Below are positions 1-13,944 of a stretch of DNA of 64,000 nucleotides, piece by piece. The notes beneath the pieces were generated by a model, which was not told the DNA's origin, searched no databases, and was given only the letters and a program-made list of their open reading frames with translations. Position numbers and translations under genes: made by a program. The DNA is taken from assembly GCF_009914755.1 (NCBI RefSeq), contig NC_060927.1; one strand, given 5' to 3'. Source of the stretch: the human T2T-CHM13v2.0 reference genome, Homo sapiens. Position 1 is the first letter of the stretch. Each line of letters opens with the position of its first letter.

Positions 1-1859
1 TTGGTTATTTCATAAAAATGGCTATTTTACCTTTCTGCTCCTGAATTGTTTTATTGCATTTCTTAGATTCCTTGAATTGAATTTCAACTTTCTCCTGAAC
101 GTCAAGTATCTTCATTCCTACCAAGTTTCTGAATTTTATGTCTGTCGTGTCAACCATTTCAGCCTGGATAAGAACCATTTCTGGGGAACTAGGGTAGTCA
201 TTTGGAGGTTAGAAAACACTGGCATTTTGAGTTGCCACAGTTCTTATGCTGGTTCTTTATCATCTATATGGGCTGATGTTCTTTTAATGTTTGAAGTTGC
301 TGTTCTTTGAATGTTTTTCCTTTTTTCTTTCTTTTGCTTTTATAGTCTTAAATGCCCTTTAGGGTTTGACTGTAGTATAAGGTGGATTCAGTTGACTAGC
401 TTCATTTCTGGAAGATTTTATGGGGCCAAGGCTCAGCTCAACACTTCTGAGCTGCATGCTGTAAACCTGGGCAGTTGGCAGCAGGCTCATTCCTTTATGC
501 TCTGGCTCCTTGAGGTTAAGCACCTGTTACACTGAAAGGGCTAAAGTGTTCCCAGTGCACTGGAAACAAAACTCTCATGGGAAGTGCCACCCAAAATGCT
601 TGATTGTGGCAATGACAGTGGAGGCCATGTTCACACCTGCATCGCAGCATTGGAGGTAACATGGCAGTGTGCATGCCCATTGGTCATGGCAGGGCCCTGG
701 CAGTGGTGGCAGTGCTTCAGGATGCACAAAGGCACTGGTGGTGGTGGGACAGCAGCATCCTTAACAGAGCAGAGTAGCAGTGTCCACACATGCAGGTGTG
801 CCAATGGCAGTGGCAGCACACACATGCCAGGTGCACAATGTGCTGGGTGCACACAGATGCCAGCATCCATATGGTGGTGGGGAGGCAGCGTGTGCACCCA
901 CCTCTGTGCCAGCTGTGGCGGCGAGGCTGGGTATGCACACACTGGCGGGGATGAGGCACTGACCGGAGTGAGGTGGCAACATCTGTGGGTGCACTTGTGC
1001 CTGTGGTTGCAGGGCAGCAGAGTCCACACACACACTGGCAAATCTGGGGCAGTGAGGTTTGCCCATGTGTGTGCACCTGCAAAGTTGTGCAGTGGGTTGG
1101 GGGTGCTGTGTTTTGTAGGAAAATGCAGGTCAGTGTGTGCACATTGTCAAGGGACCATATGCTGGAACTCCTCAATGATCAAGTGCAGTCTTCCAGTCAA
1201 GGAGCAATGGCAGCAACTTTTGGGAAGCACTCAGATTGGGTATCTGGGGCTACACTGCAAGTGGCCTCAGACAGGCAGGGACTCTGGGAGAGGGTGGCAG
1301 ACAGAGTGGTCCCTCAAATCATACTGGCCCCATCCCAGAGCCAAGACCACCCTGCTGTGTCCAAATCTAACAGTTAACAAAGGCCAAAGCTATCTACAGT
1401 AGCTTGCTGAGCCTTGGAGTATGGGCGTTTATAGATGTGCTCATTGCACCCTTTCCTGTACCACACCCTCTGGGGTCCACACAGACTGGAGTCTTTTTCC
1501 TGCAACCTCTCCAAAATAGTCTCCCCGTCAACTCAAATGTCTGTGGGGGTTAGGGGGTCTTCTGCAGCTAGGATTCTGGAGGTCCCTGGTGAGAGTTGGC
1601 CACTCCTTGCCTATTTAACTCACCCCTTTCCCAGGAGACACTGGAGGCCAAGAATGAGTCCTGGTGCTCAGCAGTCTCATACAGGGCTCCCAGCTTCCTC
1701 CCGCATTAGACCAGGATTTGAGTCCTCTCTTCACCCACTCTCAATGACTACCTTCTGAAGTTCTTCTCAAAGTGTGCCAGTCTTCGTGACAGTCGGATCA
1801 CTCAGTGGGAGATGCTCTTCTCTTCCTTGGCTGTGTCTAGTTGGCCATCTTGGCTCCCC
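1..1859 (-). mobile_element. 5' end of an old primate L1 (L1PA15/16 or L1P4/L1PB type): 5' UTR plus degenerate ORF1 start, continuing off the left edge
   Basis: Minus strand begins ggggagccaagatggccaactagac, with the YY1 motif CAAGATGGCC at 1843-1852. Positions 1-265 resemble the ORF1 N-terminus (KNQHKN...NQAEM...QEKVE) with stops and frameshifts. Confidence 0.85.
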
Positions 1860-4175
1860 AGTTCTATTTCTATAAAGTTGCAATAAACAGCCCAAAAATG
1901 AAATAAAGAAAACAATTTCATTTACAATAGCAACAAAAATAACACTTATAAATATTTGTATCTTTATTATTGTTTTTAATAGATGCACAATAATTTTACA
2001 AATTTATGAGATACAGTGTGATATTTTGATACATATATACAATTTGTAAAAATCAAGTCAGGATAATTAGCATATCCATTACCTTAAACATTTCTCACTA
2101 CTTTGTTTTGGGAACATTCAAAACCCTGTATTCTAGCTCTTTGAAAAAGTACAATAAATTATTGTTTACTAGAGTCACCTTACAGTTCTGTTGAACACTA
2201 GAACTTATTCACCTTATCTAGCCATACTTTTGTATTCATTAACCAGCCTCTCTCTATCCCCTTCCCCACTATCCTTTCCAGGCTCTAGTAACAACTTTTC
2301 TACTGCACTTCTATGATATTAACATTTTTAGTTCCCACATATGAGTGAGAACATGCAGTATTTAACTTCCTGTGCTTGGCTTATTTTATTTAATATAATG
2401 TCCTCCAAGCTCATCTATGTTGCCAAAAATGACACGATTTCATTCTTTTTCTTATAAATAAATTTAGCAAAAGTGTGAAATGTATACTCTTAAAATTATG
2501 AAACACTGTTTAAATAAATTAAAGAAGATCTAACTATCAGAAAAAATCCCATGTTAATGGATTAGAAGATTTAACATTGTTAAGATGGAAATACTCCCCA
2601 AACTAATCGCAAATTCAATGGAATTCTCATCAGGACCAAGCAGACTTCTCGTAAAAATTTATGAGCTGATTCTAAAATCCCTATTAAATTACAAAGACCC
2701 AAAATAGTCAAAGCAATCTTGAAAAGGAAGAGCAAAGATTGATGACTCATATTTCCTAACTTCAAAACATACAAGACAGTAATTAAGACAGCTTAGTAAT
2801 GGTCCAAAATAAACATGTAGATCAACAGAATAAAAATGAGACTCCAGAAATAAACCCATATATTCATGAACAACTAGTTTTTAACAATAATGATGACTCT
2901 ATCCAATGTGGGAAAAATAGATTTTTCTACAGATAGAACTTGGACAATTGGATAGCCCCAGGCAAAATAATGAATTTAGACCCATACCTCACACTGCATA
3001 CAAAAATTAAAAGTCAAAATGAATCAAAACAGGAATGTAAAAGCTATAACTATAAATTCTTAAAAAAATTCAATAAGCATAAGTTTTGTGATCTTGGATT
3101 TCACAAATAAGTTTTAGATATGACACCAAAAATATGCAACAAGAAAAAAAATAAATTGGACACCATCAAAATTTTTTAAAAAATTGTATTTCAAAAGACA
3201 GCTTCTAGAAAGTAAAAGGATTATCCACAAAATAAGATATTTACAAATCATATATCTGATAAAGGACTTAAATTCAGAACATAAACTAAATCTTGCAACC
3301 TAATAAAAAGGCACCCAATTAAAAACTAACCAAAATATCTACATAAATATTTCTCTAAGGAAGATATACAAATGTCTAATAAGCATATAAAAACACATGT
3401 GACATCGTGCATCATCAGAAAAATGCAAATCAAAGCCACAATGAGATATCAAACACATCTAAGATGACTGGAATCAAAAAGTCAGATATTAAAAATATTG
3501 GCAAGGAAATAAGAACTTCATATACTATAGAATTTTGAAATGACACAGCTGCTTTGGAAAATAGTTTGGCAGTCCTCAAATACAATACAAAGTTACCATA
3601 TGGCCCAGGAATTCCACTTCTAGATATACATTGTATCCATAAAGGTGAAAACATATGTCCATACAGAAATATGTACACAAATATTTTTACTAACTTTATT
3701 CATAATAGATAAAAGGTTGAAACAAGGCAAGTGCTCATCAATGTATGAATGTACAAACAAAGTAGCATACATATTCATTGGAATATTATTTGACCATTAA
3801 AAATAATGAAATACTGACTCATACTACAGTACTGATGATCCTTTAAAATATTATGCTAATGAAAAGAAACTAGTTACGAAATACCATTTATTATGTGATT
3901 CAATTAATATAAGACATCCAAAGTTAGGAAATCTATTGAGGCAGAAAGTACATCTGTGGTTGCTAAGGACAGGGGATGGAGAGTGGGGATGGGGCTTGGG
4001 AAGAGTTAACCAAAGGTATGGGGTTTCTTTTAGAAGTGATGAAATGTTCTAAAATCAAGTGCAGTGATTACTTCACACATCTGTGAGTACAGAAAAAAAC
4101 ACTAGATAGTACATTTTAAATAAGAGAGTTGTAAGAAATGTAAACTAGATCTCAATGAATGTTAAAAAATAAAAC
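1860..4175 (+). mobile_element. L1MB-type element (ORF2 3' part and 3' UTR), interrupted at 1955-2450
   Basis: Recognisable ORF2/3' UTR motifs (aaacccatatattcatg, gacccatacctcacac, caattccacttctag-like) and a 3' end gatctcaatgaatgttaaaaaataaaa. Confidence 0.85.
1955..2450 (-). mobile_element. L1MA-type 3' end inserted into the L1MB
   Basis: Antisense L1MA 3' UTR flanked by an exact 10-bp TSD cttataaata (1945-1954 and 2451-2460). Confidence 0.88.
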
Positions 4176-4254
4176 ATGATATCAAAGAACTGGATATAAT
4201 ACTGCTTCATTTTTAATAAAGGAGATATACTTTTCAAGATGTCAGCTTTATACC

Positions 4255-4507
4255 AGTATGTCATAGTGATTAAATAAATAGGCTAGGTCAGAAACCTGGT
4301 TTTCTATTCTAGCTTTACCACCTCCTAAATGTATGACTTTGATAACATTGTTATTTCCTTGAACATTAGTTTCCTCATATCTACTGAGGAATAATAATAG
4401 TCCTCCGGTTATAGAGCTATCCAAAAAGAAAGTAAATAACATAAGTCATGCCAAATTCTCAGCAGAGTACCTAGCAAAAGCTACGTGCTAAATAAATTTA
4501 GCTATTT
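4255..4507 (+). mobile_element. MIR
   Basis: Degenerate core (tgtatgactttg...ttagtttcctcatatct...ataataatag) and 3' end gtgctaaataaatttagctatt. Confidence 0.7.
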
Positions 4508-5002
4508 TTATAAAAAATGTGATGGAGAAGACTTCAATTCTTGAATTTTCAGAGCATCTATTATAAAATAATTCTTTTTGTATAAACTGTATGTTTATAA
4601 TAAAATAAGAACCTCAGTTTATTTTCAGAATCCCTATAGCTAAATCTCCCATGTTTATTATTTTAACCAAAATGTAATTTTTAACAACTATTTCCTTAAA
4701 TTTTACATTATTCTGAGATCTCTTTTTTCCTTCTTCACTTAGTCATAAATAACTCAACCTCTTGTCTAAGTTTCACCTATCTGCTAGGACAGACCCAGAA
4801 TCTAACAGACCTCATTGCCTAAGACTTGAGGAAGTCGGGTTAGCAGTGACAAGCGTTGGGTCTAGTCAGGTAATGAAGAAGCTACTTGAAGAATGAGATT
4901 ACAGAAAATCTGAGCCAGATGACTAATGCCTGAATAAAATAGCAAGTGAAGACAAAAGGCAATGAAAGAATGTAGTCTACACTAGTTAGAAATCTGAGTG
5001 TT

Positions 5003-5303
5003 GGCCGGGCATGGTGGCTCACGCCTGCAATCCCAACACTTTGGGAGGCCGAGGCGGGTGGATCACGAGGTCAGGAGTTCAAGACCAGCCTGGCCAAGAT
5101 GGTGAAACCCTGTCTCTACTAAAAATACAAAACATATCTGGGCCTGGTGACGGGCACATGTAATCCCAGCTACTCGGGAAGCTGAGGCAGAGAATTGCTT
5201 GTACCCAGGAGGCAGAGGGTTGCAGTGAGCTGAGGTCACACCACTGCACTCCAGCCTCGGCGACAGAGCGAGACTCCATCAAAAAATAAATAAAAAGAAA
5301 GAA

Positions 5304-5340
<37 letters not shown>
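5003..5340 (+). mobile_element. AluS (Sg-like) with a (GA)n microsatellite tail at 5309-5340
   Basis: Full dimeric Alu. TSD atc(t/a)gagtgtt on both sides. Confidence 0.95.
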
Positions 5341-5342
<2 letters not shown>

Positions 5343-7047
5343 AGAGTGTTACACTCAGGAGAATAATACTTTCAGAACCCAAAGAGATTCTCTACTAACC
5401 CAGTGGCCCAGGGTATTCCCTTAGGCCCCACCACCCTATCACAATACATAAAGGATAATTGCATCTAAAAACTGGAACTTATATAAGCTATAAAAATGTC
5501 ATTCCCATTTCCATTTTCTTTTTTTTTTTTAGTTCTGTGATTATCCCACAAAAAAATGGTGAATGATCCTCTCTGAAATTTTTTCTGCTCCATATGTTTT
5601 ATTTTAGCCCATATATTTGAAATAGAAAAAAAAGTAATGACCACATGGATAGCTTAGCCGATTTACTGCCTAAACACATAAAATCCATTGACTATTTCTT
5701 CAGTATATCTATACAGAAGCGTCTCGGTTTCTAGGAGACAATTTACTGTGATAAACATAACAACTCCACATGGCAAGCCATCTCTGCAGAATCATGGTAT
5801 GATATAAAGTCATCAAAGAGAGACTTGGGATAAGGTCTCTATTCTATGTAAAGAAGACTGGGGCTACTTAAAATTTCACTTGAGTACTATAATAAGCATC
5901 AAAACGTCATTTTCAGTCTGAAAAATACAAAAATGATAACCACAAATATATATTTAAGCTAAACACAGTCAAAACTGGTAATATTTAAATTAGGATACAG
6001 TAGCAAGGAGAATATAAAGGCAGTAAATAGGAGAAAAGATTGAAGAAAGCTTATTAAAAAGTCCTGTATGCTATGGTGGTCTTCAAGTTCAATTCTGTGC
6101 TTTCTGACAACCATATACATTTGCACAATCAACAATTTCCACAATATTTGTGTCCCAGGAGTACCATAGCTAGTCCTGGAACAAAAACTAAAGACTTTTC
6201 TTTCTTTTTATTTTTGCCCCTGTGAACTTTGAAAAAGAGGACATTGTGAAAAATGTTTTCAAACCTGAGAATTAAAACAAGGAGGTTCATAGGACTATTT
6301 CATAGCTCTGTTTGGGTTGATGATATCATATCAAAGTACAGTTTAGAAAAAATCTATTCTGCTGGTAGCCATAATGTAGTCCCAGGTATGGAGGTTTTCC
6401 TGGAATGGCCTAATTCAACTTTAGAGTACAGATGAATAAAGAGATTGCACATGTTTCTAGCATGTTCCTAAGTAGTATTTTCCTCATCTGAAGACAGATA
6501 TGTTGTTGATCCTGTACTGCAAGTTGTGTTTTCAAGCCTTAAGTAAGCTAGACTTAGGAATGACAATTTTTTATGAAAACTGAGGTACCTAAATCTAAGC
6601 CTATCCTACATTAACTCAAAACTGAGTGCAGTCTTTCATGGTGCAGAGCTAAGATTTTTTCTCAAAGCAATATTGGATCCTTTTCAGTTTATGGAAAAGA
6701 TGAAAGGCTGAAGTCCTAAAGTTTTGTGCCTTAACTTATGTTCATAGTAATGACTACTGGAATTTAAGAAAAAAAAATTTACCAAATTATTCTCTTGCCC
6801 ATTAAGAGAGATGTTAACAAACATTTACAGAAAATAAGCAGTTGCTATGAAACTATACCCAGAGTTAAGTAAATACTGAAGTTTTAATTGTAATTAATTT
6901 AAATGTGGAGGAATATCTTCTGAGAAGTTTATCTGTGTATTTGAAATTGTTGATTTGAAAAGAATCTTTTGGGCAGTGGAAATAGCAATGACTTGGTTAT
7001 TTATTAGTCTTACGTAAAATGTTAAGGTAAATTACATCGTACTACAC

Positions 7048-7115
7048 TAGGGTTTCTCAACTTTAGCACTAAAATGTTGCTTGAAAGTCAAATTTTACTC
7101 AGTTGAGAACTACTA
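7048..7115 (-). mobile_element. Internally deleted MER20 (hAT-Charlie) with only the two ends left
   Basis: tagggtttctcaactttagcacta...cagttgagaactacta matches the two MER20 termini. Confidence 0.6.
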
Positions 7116-7918
7116 TACCAATTAGTGTGAGTTTATTTGCAGTAAAATGTTTCATTTAAGTATAACTTTCTTTATGATATTCATTCAATTTAATTTCTCT
7201 TATATTTTATTTTTTACATTTATTACAAAACAGGCACTCAGTGAATGGGTGAAGGTAATACATACATTTAACAAAAAATGAGTATTATGTCCTAATTGTT
7301 TTAGAAAATATTTAGAAAAATATATTTTGCTTGAAAATCATTTTTTAAACTGGTTTTACATGTTGAAAAGGGCAGATTATTGTTACTGCTCTATTAAATT
7401 AACACACTAATGTAAGTTAACAAATAAGATTTGAATCATGCCAAGTAAATAGGCCAAAACTTCCATTTGTTCATTAACATGAGTTAAGGAATGCAGATAC
7501 AAAGTGTTATTAGAACATCAAAAGAACAAAATAAAAGAAACTTCGCAGAGTCAGTTTTTTACAATAAGTTGTCCCTCTGAACTAAGTCAAGGCTGTCAAA
7601 ATGAGGATCAAGCAAATAATTGTGAATATTAGCAGTGGACAGTTTTATTGCTTTGTTATCAAATCTCTAAGTAAAAAATGTAAACATTCTCATCATGAAG
7701 ATTAGAATTTGTCATGGCAAGAAATAAGGATGCCATGAATAAATCAATCTAGAAAGCCTTGCTCATTCTTAACAACTGTGATTATAAAATAGAAGGTGCC
7801 TTTACCTGCTTTCCTTTTAATAAACAACAAAAAAAATAATTTCTTAAATTTTATTTTGGGATCATAAATGAATAAATAAATTCAATTTAGAAAGAAATGT
7901 CTTTAAGAAAAAAACAAG

Positions 7919-8207
7919 AGCCAGGTGCAGTGGCTCACACCTTCAATTCCAGCCCTTTGGGAGGTCGATGTGAGCAGATCACTTGAGTTCAGGAGTTTGA
8001 GACCAACCTGGCCAACATGGTGAAACTATGTCTCTACTAAAAAATACAAAAATTAGCCGGGCATGGTGACGGGCGCCTGTAATCCCAGCTAGTTGGGAAG
8101 CTGAGACAGGAGAATCACTTGAACCCTGGAGGTGGAGGCTGCAGTGAGCCCATTCTAGCCTGGGTGACAGACTGAGACTCCTCTTCAAAAAAAAAGAAAA
8201 AAGAAAA
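7919..8207 (+). mobile_element. AluS (Sx/Sz-like) with a small deletion in the right arm
   Basis: Dimeric Alu. gcagtgagcc is joined directly to cattctagcc. Confidence 0.93.
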
Positions 8208-10729
8208 TTTTACTAAAAAATAAACAACTTTGAAAACTAAATTAAGTAGTAAACTCCAATTCTCTTTTCAATGGATGGAAGAAAATAAAGTAATCTTTAT
8301 TTGGAATCTCAACCATGAAAGAAGGGTTTAAATAACTTGATACATTTTTTTTTACTGTATTGTCTCAAGCAACATAGTTCTGACATTCTTCTACAGAATG
8401 AGAATTAGTGTTTGTTGACTGAGAACAGACAGCTCTATTTTCCTTTCAAAATCTCTCTTTCAAGATCTTTACAGAGAACATATAAAATCTTGTAATTGTG
8501 AATTAGCATGCAGTTAAATGTGAATAGCTAAAAGAACACAGGCACTGCCAACGTTTGAACTTAAAGTTTCTACATATATAGAAACCTACCATCTTAACTA
8601 GTGACTACTATGTTGACACAGAAGCATGATTGCATCATGAAAGGTCTTCTGCATTAAATAATTAACCAATTCACTGAATTGACATAGAATGTGTCCTCCC
8701 CATGTGCCTAGTACTAAATCATTACAGATTTCTCATCTTAAGGTACATTTCTTACTCAAGGCTACTAAGAGAGCCAGTTGTATTGTCCTTCAAAACCCAG
8801 TACAAATCTTGTATTTATGCAGGACCTACTTTCTCAAACACAAATACTATTAACTCTTTTGGTAAAAAGTATTTAGAAGTACTCCATGTTTGCAGGATAA
8901 AGCACAAAGTTCATACTTAAATGTACAAAACCCTTAAAAATCTAACTTTCTAGCTATGCCTTCTGCCAATCACCTATATGCCTTCTTCATTCTTATTATG
9001 CACATTCACATGTTTGGTTGAATGTTAATTAACGTCTTGATAACTTTGTAGCTTTATTTTACGTATTAGTTCAGTGTAGACATATGAACTACAATGTAGA
9101 CGTATAAACACAAAATGCATAAAATAACATACAGATTGCAATAAAGAAGGAAATACAAGGGTGGGGACAAAGTAGAATCAGATATAAGCCTAAAATATAT
9201 GCTGTTCAATGCCTATACCTTTTATTAGGTATATATTTGGTAACTTTCAACAACTTGAAGAGGGATAATTTTGCATAAATATAAATTTAATTCTTACTGA
9301 GATTAAAATATATTAACTACGCAGAATAATTGCATACACAGGAAAAAGAAGACACCCAGTGATCCACATAAAAGGCATAATATGATACAGTGAAAAAAAT
9401 CTCTCCTTAACGTCTTCTTAACTTTAACGTAGGGCTTAAAACATAATAATTGGACTCTGTGTAGGCTCATAGTATGCATCAAGGCACATTTTAGAAAAGC
9501 TATTCTGAGAGGTAAGGAAATGACCTATACTAACTTGTCTGTTTCCCATAACACCCTATTCATCAGACATTTTTGCAGACCTACAAGATTGTACTGCAGT
9601 CATTGTTTCCCTTAATTATGTAGCCACTAGACTGCAAGCTCCTTGAAGGAAGCACTTCTATCTTATCATACTAGGTACCACAAGCATTTGGATAGAGCTG
9701 AGAAGAGGTTTTATAAGGCTTCAAAAGATACAAAATCTTTGATGTGCAATGTCTGGAATATCTACTTTATAATCACAATAGACTTTGAGTTAAAAGAGAA
9801 ATATGAATTAATTGAATAACTTATTTTTAAGTCATTTTAATAACAGAGACTTGCTTTCATAATGCCTTGAATTTCAATTCCCCAATTCAGGAAAGATTCC
9901 TTTTTATTGATAGAATAAAATACCCTCTATCATTCAATAGCCAACCAATTTTCTTATGATGGGTAAATGAAAATGTTGGTTTCTATCCTATCACTTTTAA
10001 CTGCCTGCACTTGACCTTTACTAGTCAAAGAACGAGGATAAACTTTCTTTAGCCATTTGGTCAGTGAACTATTTATCTTGCTTAAGACATTTTGTCTCCT
10101 CACTCTGTTTAACTGCTAAAGATAGTTTAGATTCAGACTCAAGATTTCATCATATATTGTCTCCCTAGTAACACTGGGGCATTAAAAAAACTCCACAAGT
10201 CAGTCTCATATTCAAAATTTGTCATATCTATGTGTTTCAGTATATTTTTAAATAAACTGTGTTTCAATAATACATATAGTTTTTGTCCTAACTTCATCCT
10301 TAATCAATTCCAAATATTATTTTTCTAAGTAGTTTGGCTTTCCTAGTGAATTTTTGATAGTGTGTGCTACGTATTAAGAGCAATGAACATAGAGATAATT
10401 TTTAATTAATTAATTAATTAATTATTATGGTGTCTACTTCCAAGTGAAAGGTATTAATCTTAAATCCCATATATTTATTCATATTTTCTTCCTGTAACCC
10501 CAGTAAGGAATAGACCCTATTCGCTCTCACAAGCTGCCCATGTGCTTTCTCATCTGAAAACAGTGTGAGTAGCTGAAAGTGATTGGACTAGTTTTGTCTA
10601 ATTGGCCTTAAAATGTTCCAAAAAAGAACAATAACACATATTTGGATAGTGGATTTATTTTTTAACAATTTTAATTAATTTTATAACTTCTTTATTAGGG
10701 AAGATGTGAGATTTTACCTTATTGTGTTA

Positions 10730-11025
10730 CCTCACTTTCCTATCTCCACCTACTTAATTATACATTTTGGATTATCTCAATATTAGCCCTTCCCATTTCA
10801 TGTCCATTGTGTTATTTTACCTTCTTATCCTGCTTAATTTCCTTAACACCCATTAATACTTGAGGTTGCATTGTATATTAATTTTTATATTTAATTTATA
10901 TTTATTTATTTTCTATCATTCCTTCTTAATAATGTAAGTTCCATTAAGGACAGGGATTTGTCTCCTTCCCTGTTCTGTTTAAGAAATATCTAAAAAATAA
11001 TATTCAACAATGTTTTGTTGAAGGA
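10730..11025 (+). mobile_element. L2 3' end
   Basis: aatgtaagttccattaaggacagggatttgtc...tattcaacaatgttttgttgaag matches the L2 terminus. Confidence 0.6.
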
Positions 11026-11339
11026 CCAAATACAACTTATCGCTAAAACTGAAATTCCATATGATTTAAATTTCCTTTTTATTTTAATATTTTTTTCCTG
11101 GAATATAACATATTCTTATTTATTCTGGAGTCAAGAATTCCTTTTTTTCTCCTAAATTTCTTAGGTGCTTATCATGAATTCTTCCCAAACTCTACAAAAG
11201 AATTAAAACACCCATTCAATAAGACGTTATTAACATGGTTGAATGTATTAGATAATCCCTCATTACTATTATTATTTACAATATCCTGATGCTCTCCATC
11301 TTTGCTCCATATTAAAATCTGATCTTTCAGTAAACCAGA

Positions 11340-12245
11340 TGTACAGTTGTTGTGCTAGGCATACTGGGAACTCCTTTTGCCTATTCCCTGTGTCATCTTT
11401 CTTGTTTGCACAATGAGATATGTTCCTCTTTATTCTCTTGCTTTGTGGAGCACACTCTCCATTTCTTGGAAAAGGGCCATGGTAAGTGTGTTGAACATAC
11501 TTTAGAATGGTCCCACATGATTTTCATCCCATGATATTTATGCCTTTGTTCAAGGTTCCCTTGAATGTGTGCAGTACCTGTGACTTGCTTTTAACCAATG
11601 TAATACACAAAAGATATAGGATAGTATTACATTATTACCTAAAACTGAAGCACCAGTCTTGCTGGAGTATCTCCCTTTCCTTGTTGGATTGATGAAGTAA
11701 GCAGCCATGTTGGTGAGGCCCACACGGCCAGGAACTGTTGGCAGCTTCTAAGAGGTGAGGTCAGTCTCTGGAAGACAGCCAGAAAAAAATAAAAACAAAA
11801 TCAAAAACAAAAACACCCAAAAAACCCTGAAGTTTTTAATCCTACAACTACAGGGACCAAATGCTGCCAACAACCACATGACTGGGGAAATGGATCTTTC
11901 CCTAGCTGAGCTAACAAATAAGAACCAAGCTCTTGTTAGTCACTTAATTGGAAATTTGTGAGCCCCTGAGAAGACGGTGTAGCTCAACTGTGCCTGGACT
12001 TGAGACCCACAGAAACTGTGAGATAAAGAACGTGTATTGTTGTAAGCTGCTAAATGTGTAGTAATTCTTTAAACAGCCTAGTAAACTAATACTGTAAGTA
12101 AGGTTTTGAGTCCTTATGGGTCAGAAAATTTATTTTTTCTGCGCTAATTTTGTTTTGGCTGCACTTAAATTCTATAAAATCATTTTCTCTCAGAATTTTG
12201 AATGCATTGCTGCATTGTTTTTTAGTCTCCATTGTTGAAATTCTA
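11340..12245 (-). mobile_element. HAL1/L1M-like fragment split by an MLT1 LTR
   Basis: aatcattttctctcagaattttgaatgcattgctgcattg and gagcacactctcc...aaagggccatgg resemble antisense HAL1. Confidence 0.5.
11487..12093 (+). mobile_element. MLT1 (E/F-like) solo LTR, ERVL-MaLR
   Basis: MaLR 3' motifs (cccacagaaactgtgagataa...tgttgtaagctgctaa...aactaatac) and a 5-bp TSD gtaag (11482-11486, 12094-12098). Confidence 0.85.
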
Positions 12246-13896
12246 TTCTAGTATTCAATAATTGCATTACGCTGTCTCCATTTTACTATTAGTAATGGTT
12301 TGTTTATTACAACATATCTTCCAAAATTATGTTTATACCTCTCATATAATGTTATCTCTTCTGTTCTGCTTATTGTCATGTGCTTATATATTTTTAACTT
12401 CTTTCCTCTTTTGGATTAGAGCGAAGAAAATTAAATGCATTTAATTCCTCTGTTTAAGCTATTTTAGATGCTCCATTTAGATCCTTTTTTAGTTGTCTTA
12501 TATGGGTTTTTTGAAGACTCTCAATAACTGCATTTTACTAACATTGACTTACTATTTTCCACACAAATTCCTTATAAACAAGAAGGAGTCAGAGTGCTTC
12601 CTTTTAAAAGAAGAGGAGGAAATTTTAATGCCTCAGATTTATTGTCACTACCTATCATTGGATAATTTTCTTTCTTTATACCTTTGTCATTGCCCATCCC
12701 GTTCACTTTTATTTGCTTTTTTTCTTTTTCTCTGTTTCTGTTTTTATATTGAATATATCTTCCTTTCTCTACTAAGAACAATGAGAGCACATAAGAAGCA
12801 ATAACTTTATCAAATCAGGTAGAGAATACTAGCACACTCTGAGAACACATTTCTCCAGACATCATTAATAACCATTCTACCATAATAGCTATGCTTCTGA
12901 ATTTCAATACAATCGGTAATTTAAGACATTCAAAGATGTTAATAGAATGAGATTCTCCAGTTGCTTATTCTGATAACAGAGAAAAAATGATTTTTTAAAA
13001 TTTGGCATTTTACACACTTGATCCAGGTAGTGCACTCTCAAATGTCCATGTTAAATGGAATAAGTATATAGCTCTCCTAAATAAAAATATTAGGCAATTA
13101 AAGAAATATTACACATAACTTGGTATTCTAGGAAAAACAATTATTATTTTTTGTGTGCATACCCTGATGATAATGACAAGAAAATAAGGTAAATATATTT
13201 ATCTGGTGGAGCAAGGAAGTTATTAGTGGTGAATCTGGCAGAGTAGAGGTAGAAATAAGCCATAAATAATTCACTTGTAGAATGTCTAGAATTACCCACA
13301 TATGTACTTTAAAAATGTTAATTTGATCATAAGCTTCTAGAAAATAATGTTATTCTAAATGGTAGAGATAATCCCCTTTTCTAAAAACAATTTCTCCTGA
13401 ATTCTTTAACTATTTTTTTCATAAATTCAAATAATTATTTGGATGACTGAATGAAAACCCCCTAATTCTTAAAATAATTTGTGTTCCTTTTAAACCAAAA
13501 ATATCCTGAAGGGTCAGCAATCATATTATTTTAATACCTAAATAATAATGGATGTAATACATGAAAATTTATGTAACATGACTTGAGATCTCCAGAATTG
13601 ACTTTAGCTTACTAAATTTTGACAGTAGTATTCCACATCTAATGGATTATCCTTTGGTTCCATTTATGTTCATTCCAATCATCAACTTTCCTCATGTTTG
13701 ACTTCTTTTTTTTTTTTAACCATGAACCTAGATTTCATCACAATATAATTTTAACTGTGTGGCCTAAAGAACCATTTCACGTTCCCACTTTTTTTGTCAG
13801 AGTTCAATTAAGAGGTGAAATATTTGCTCCACATCACACTGTGAATTACTGAACCAGGCTTAAATCTGTGACTCACCTCATGAATCACTTTTTTTA

Positions 13897-13944
13897 ACCT
13901 TTTAAGCAATACTTAAATACCTTTTCAGCAATACTTAAATACCT
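13897..13944. repeat. 22-bp tandem duplication (2.2 copies)
   Basis: accttttaagcaatacttaaat / accttttcagcaatacttaaat / acct. Confidence 0.9.

Noticed and set aside
8653-8667. HNF1-like site, and other scattered HNF1/CDX2/GATA-like motifs
   Set aside because: AT-rich motifs occur often by chance here. There is no clustering evidence, and the known SI promoter is at the other end of the gene.
10401-10425. (TAAT)n palindrome, and a similar AT-only palindrome near 27889-27908
   Set aside because: Low-complexity AT repeats are self-complementary by construction and common in AT-rich DNA.
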